A DNA stretch of 64,000 nt from Rhizophagus irregularis (Eukaryota), in assembly GCF_026210795.1 (NCBI RefSeq), contig NC_089435.1, forward strand, positions 2,232,001 to 2,296,000, written 5' to 3'. A program made the translations under genes and the position numbers. Positions 62,405 through 64,000 of this stretch are shown here, piece by piece. Position 1 is the stretch's first letter. Each line of letters begins with the position of its first letter. Under the pieces are notes generated by a model. That model was not told the origin of the DNA. It saw only the letters and a program-made list of their open reading frames with translations, and ran no database searches.

Positions 62405-63729
62405 GAGCTAAGGACTCTATTAATACATTTTTCGAGTAAAATAAACGAGCTATTTCCTCTTCTTTTTTTATTTTACTTTAAGGTTCGAATGATAACTCAT
62501 TTTTTATTCTTTATATGGCTAAGCTAAAATATTTAATTTTAAATATAACATTACTATAAATTTTTTAACATAACCAAACGGTCCTTATCAATAGTATTAT
62601 TATTTTATAAACTGAGAGTAATATAAAAAATTTAGCTTTGCAAATGAAAGTTCAACTTTAATTTTCTTATGTGAAGTTTATTTATTTATATCTTTTCATT
62701 GAATTTATTTCATTTCATTTCATTTTTTTTTTTTATGATTATTACATTTCATTAATTTTCGATTATTTTGTTTATTTTCTTGGTTTTTTTTTTATAATTA
62801 GGACAAAAATGTTCAATAAAATAAATTTATTTTTTTTTTATAAAAATTATTCACAATTATTTTGTTATGTTTTCAAAATCCAATTAACAAAAAGAATTTT
62901 AAAATTAAATTGTTTATTATTTAATATCTAATATATTTTTTAATCGATAGTAACTATCATATTTTTCGGAAAAAATTGCAATCATATTTTTGTAAATTTT
63001 TTAATGTAAAATTTAATAAATCATTCAAAGTAAATTATGCATTTAATACAGAAAATTATTTCGGTCTTTTTTTGGAAAAATTTTTTTGTACCTGCTTAGA
63101 TTTAAAACTCTTTATATTCATATGATTAATTTTACATCATGAACATTATGGTATTGGAGAAATTCTGATTTCGTTAACGCAAAATTATAAAGGGAAGAAA
63201 GGTTGGAAAGTATATAGAAATTATAATACCGATCGTGCTTATAAACTTCTGAAAAATAAATCGGCGACACCTGTGGGAAAACTAACTCACATAAATTTCT
63301 TATAATAACAATAAAAAAATTATTTTGTCGGACATTCCCGCGTCAATACTCTTGAAGCAAATTTCGAAAGATCGATTCTAAAGTGATATTACGATAATAT
63401 ATAATCCTCAATGGACATTTTATTTTTTTTTATCTCGTTCATGTAAGCATATCTAGGTTCTCAGTATTTATTAGTCCGAAGTGTAACGAAGGACTATATA
63501 CTTCTATGCAAAGGTCCACTACTGTCCGTCCGGCACGTGATGATATAGAATAACAAATATAATTACTCATATCGATCATATGAATAAAAAAGTTACTCAT
63601 GCGAAAAAAATTGCAACTTATGACATAAGATCTTAGTAATATATTTTTATTAATAATGTAAAAACTTGATGGCAAGTCTAAATATAAAATATAAATCTAT
63701 AAAATTACATAATCTTAATGTGGGTTTCG

Positions 63730-64000
63730 TCATGAGTAATCGAGTATGTAATTTAAATAATATAAATGTCTCAATATTTTTAGGTTCTTTTTTTTTGTCA
63801 TCTTTTTTTTAGGTCTTCTTTATCTTCTTTTTTTAGGCCTATCTTCTTTCTATCTTTTCTGTCTAGGTCTTCTCTTTATTAGGTCTTCTCTTAGGCCCCT
63901 TTTCTTTACATCTTCCTTTAGGTATGTGGGTTGTGGGTTTGTATTGTATGTGGATGGTGGGTGGTATGTGTATTTTTGTGTATTCTCTCGCTCTTTCCTT
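63730..64000 (-). repeat. Dispersed repeat related to 32360-32620, opposite orientation, runs off the window end
   Basis: Reverse complement has CCCACAACCCACATACCTA...AAGAGAAGACCT...TATTGAGACATTTATATTATTTA as at 32375-32580. Confidence 0.6.

Overview
AT-rich, intron-containing eukaryotic DNA. The gene families (expanded TKL kinase, secreted kelch protein, VIT-vWA protein, FOLD-like effectors) and the repeat landscape point to an arbuscular mycorrhizal fungus (Glomeromycotina, Rhizophagus-like); this is inferred, not proven. The main feature is a birth-and-death cluster of five paralogous, intronless, 8-Cys secreted proteins on the minus strand. Their cysteine spacing and motifs match Fusarium SIX6-type FOLD effectors (MycFOLD family). 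Three are intact, one has a single nonsense codon and one has two frameshifts. They were amplified as part of a larger module that also carries a Gln-rich gene of unknown function (2 open copies, several relics) and two families of foldback-like elements. Paralogue-specific MITE insertions sit in their promoters and flanks. Also present: a 3-exon small secreted protein only partly seen in the ORF track, a 6-exon secreted kelch gene, a 4-exon TKL kinase, a 9-exon VIT-vWA gene between ~1.7-kb direct repeats, several pseudogenes, a solo LTR with a 4-bp TSD, a decayed RNase H-bearing non-LTR retrotransposon, and a ~6x663-bp tandem array with internal hairpins. Exon boundaries were read by eye from GT-AG sites and frame continuity. 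No database searches were run.
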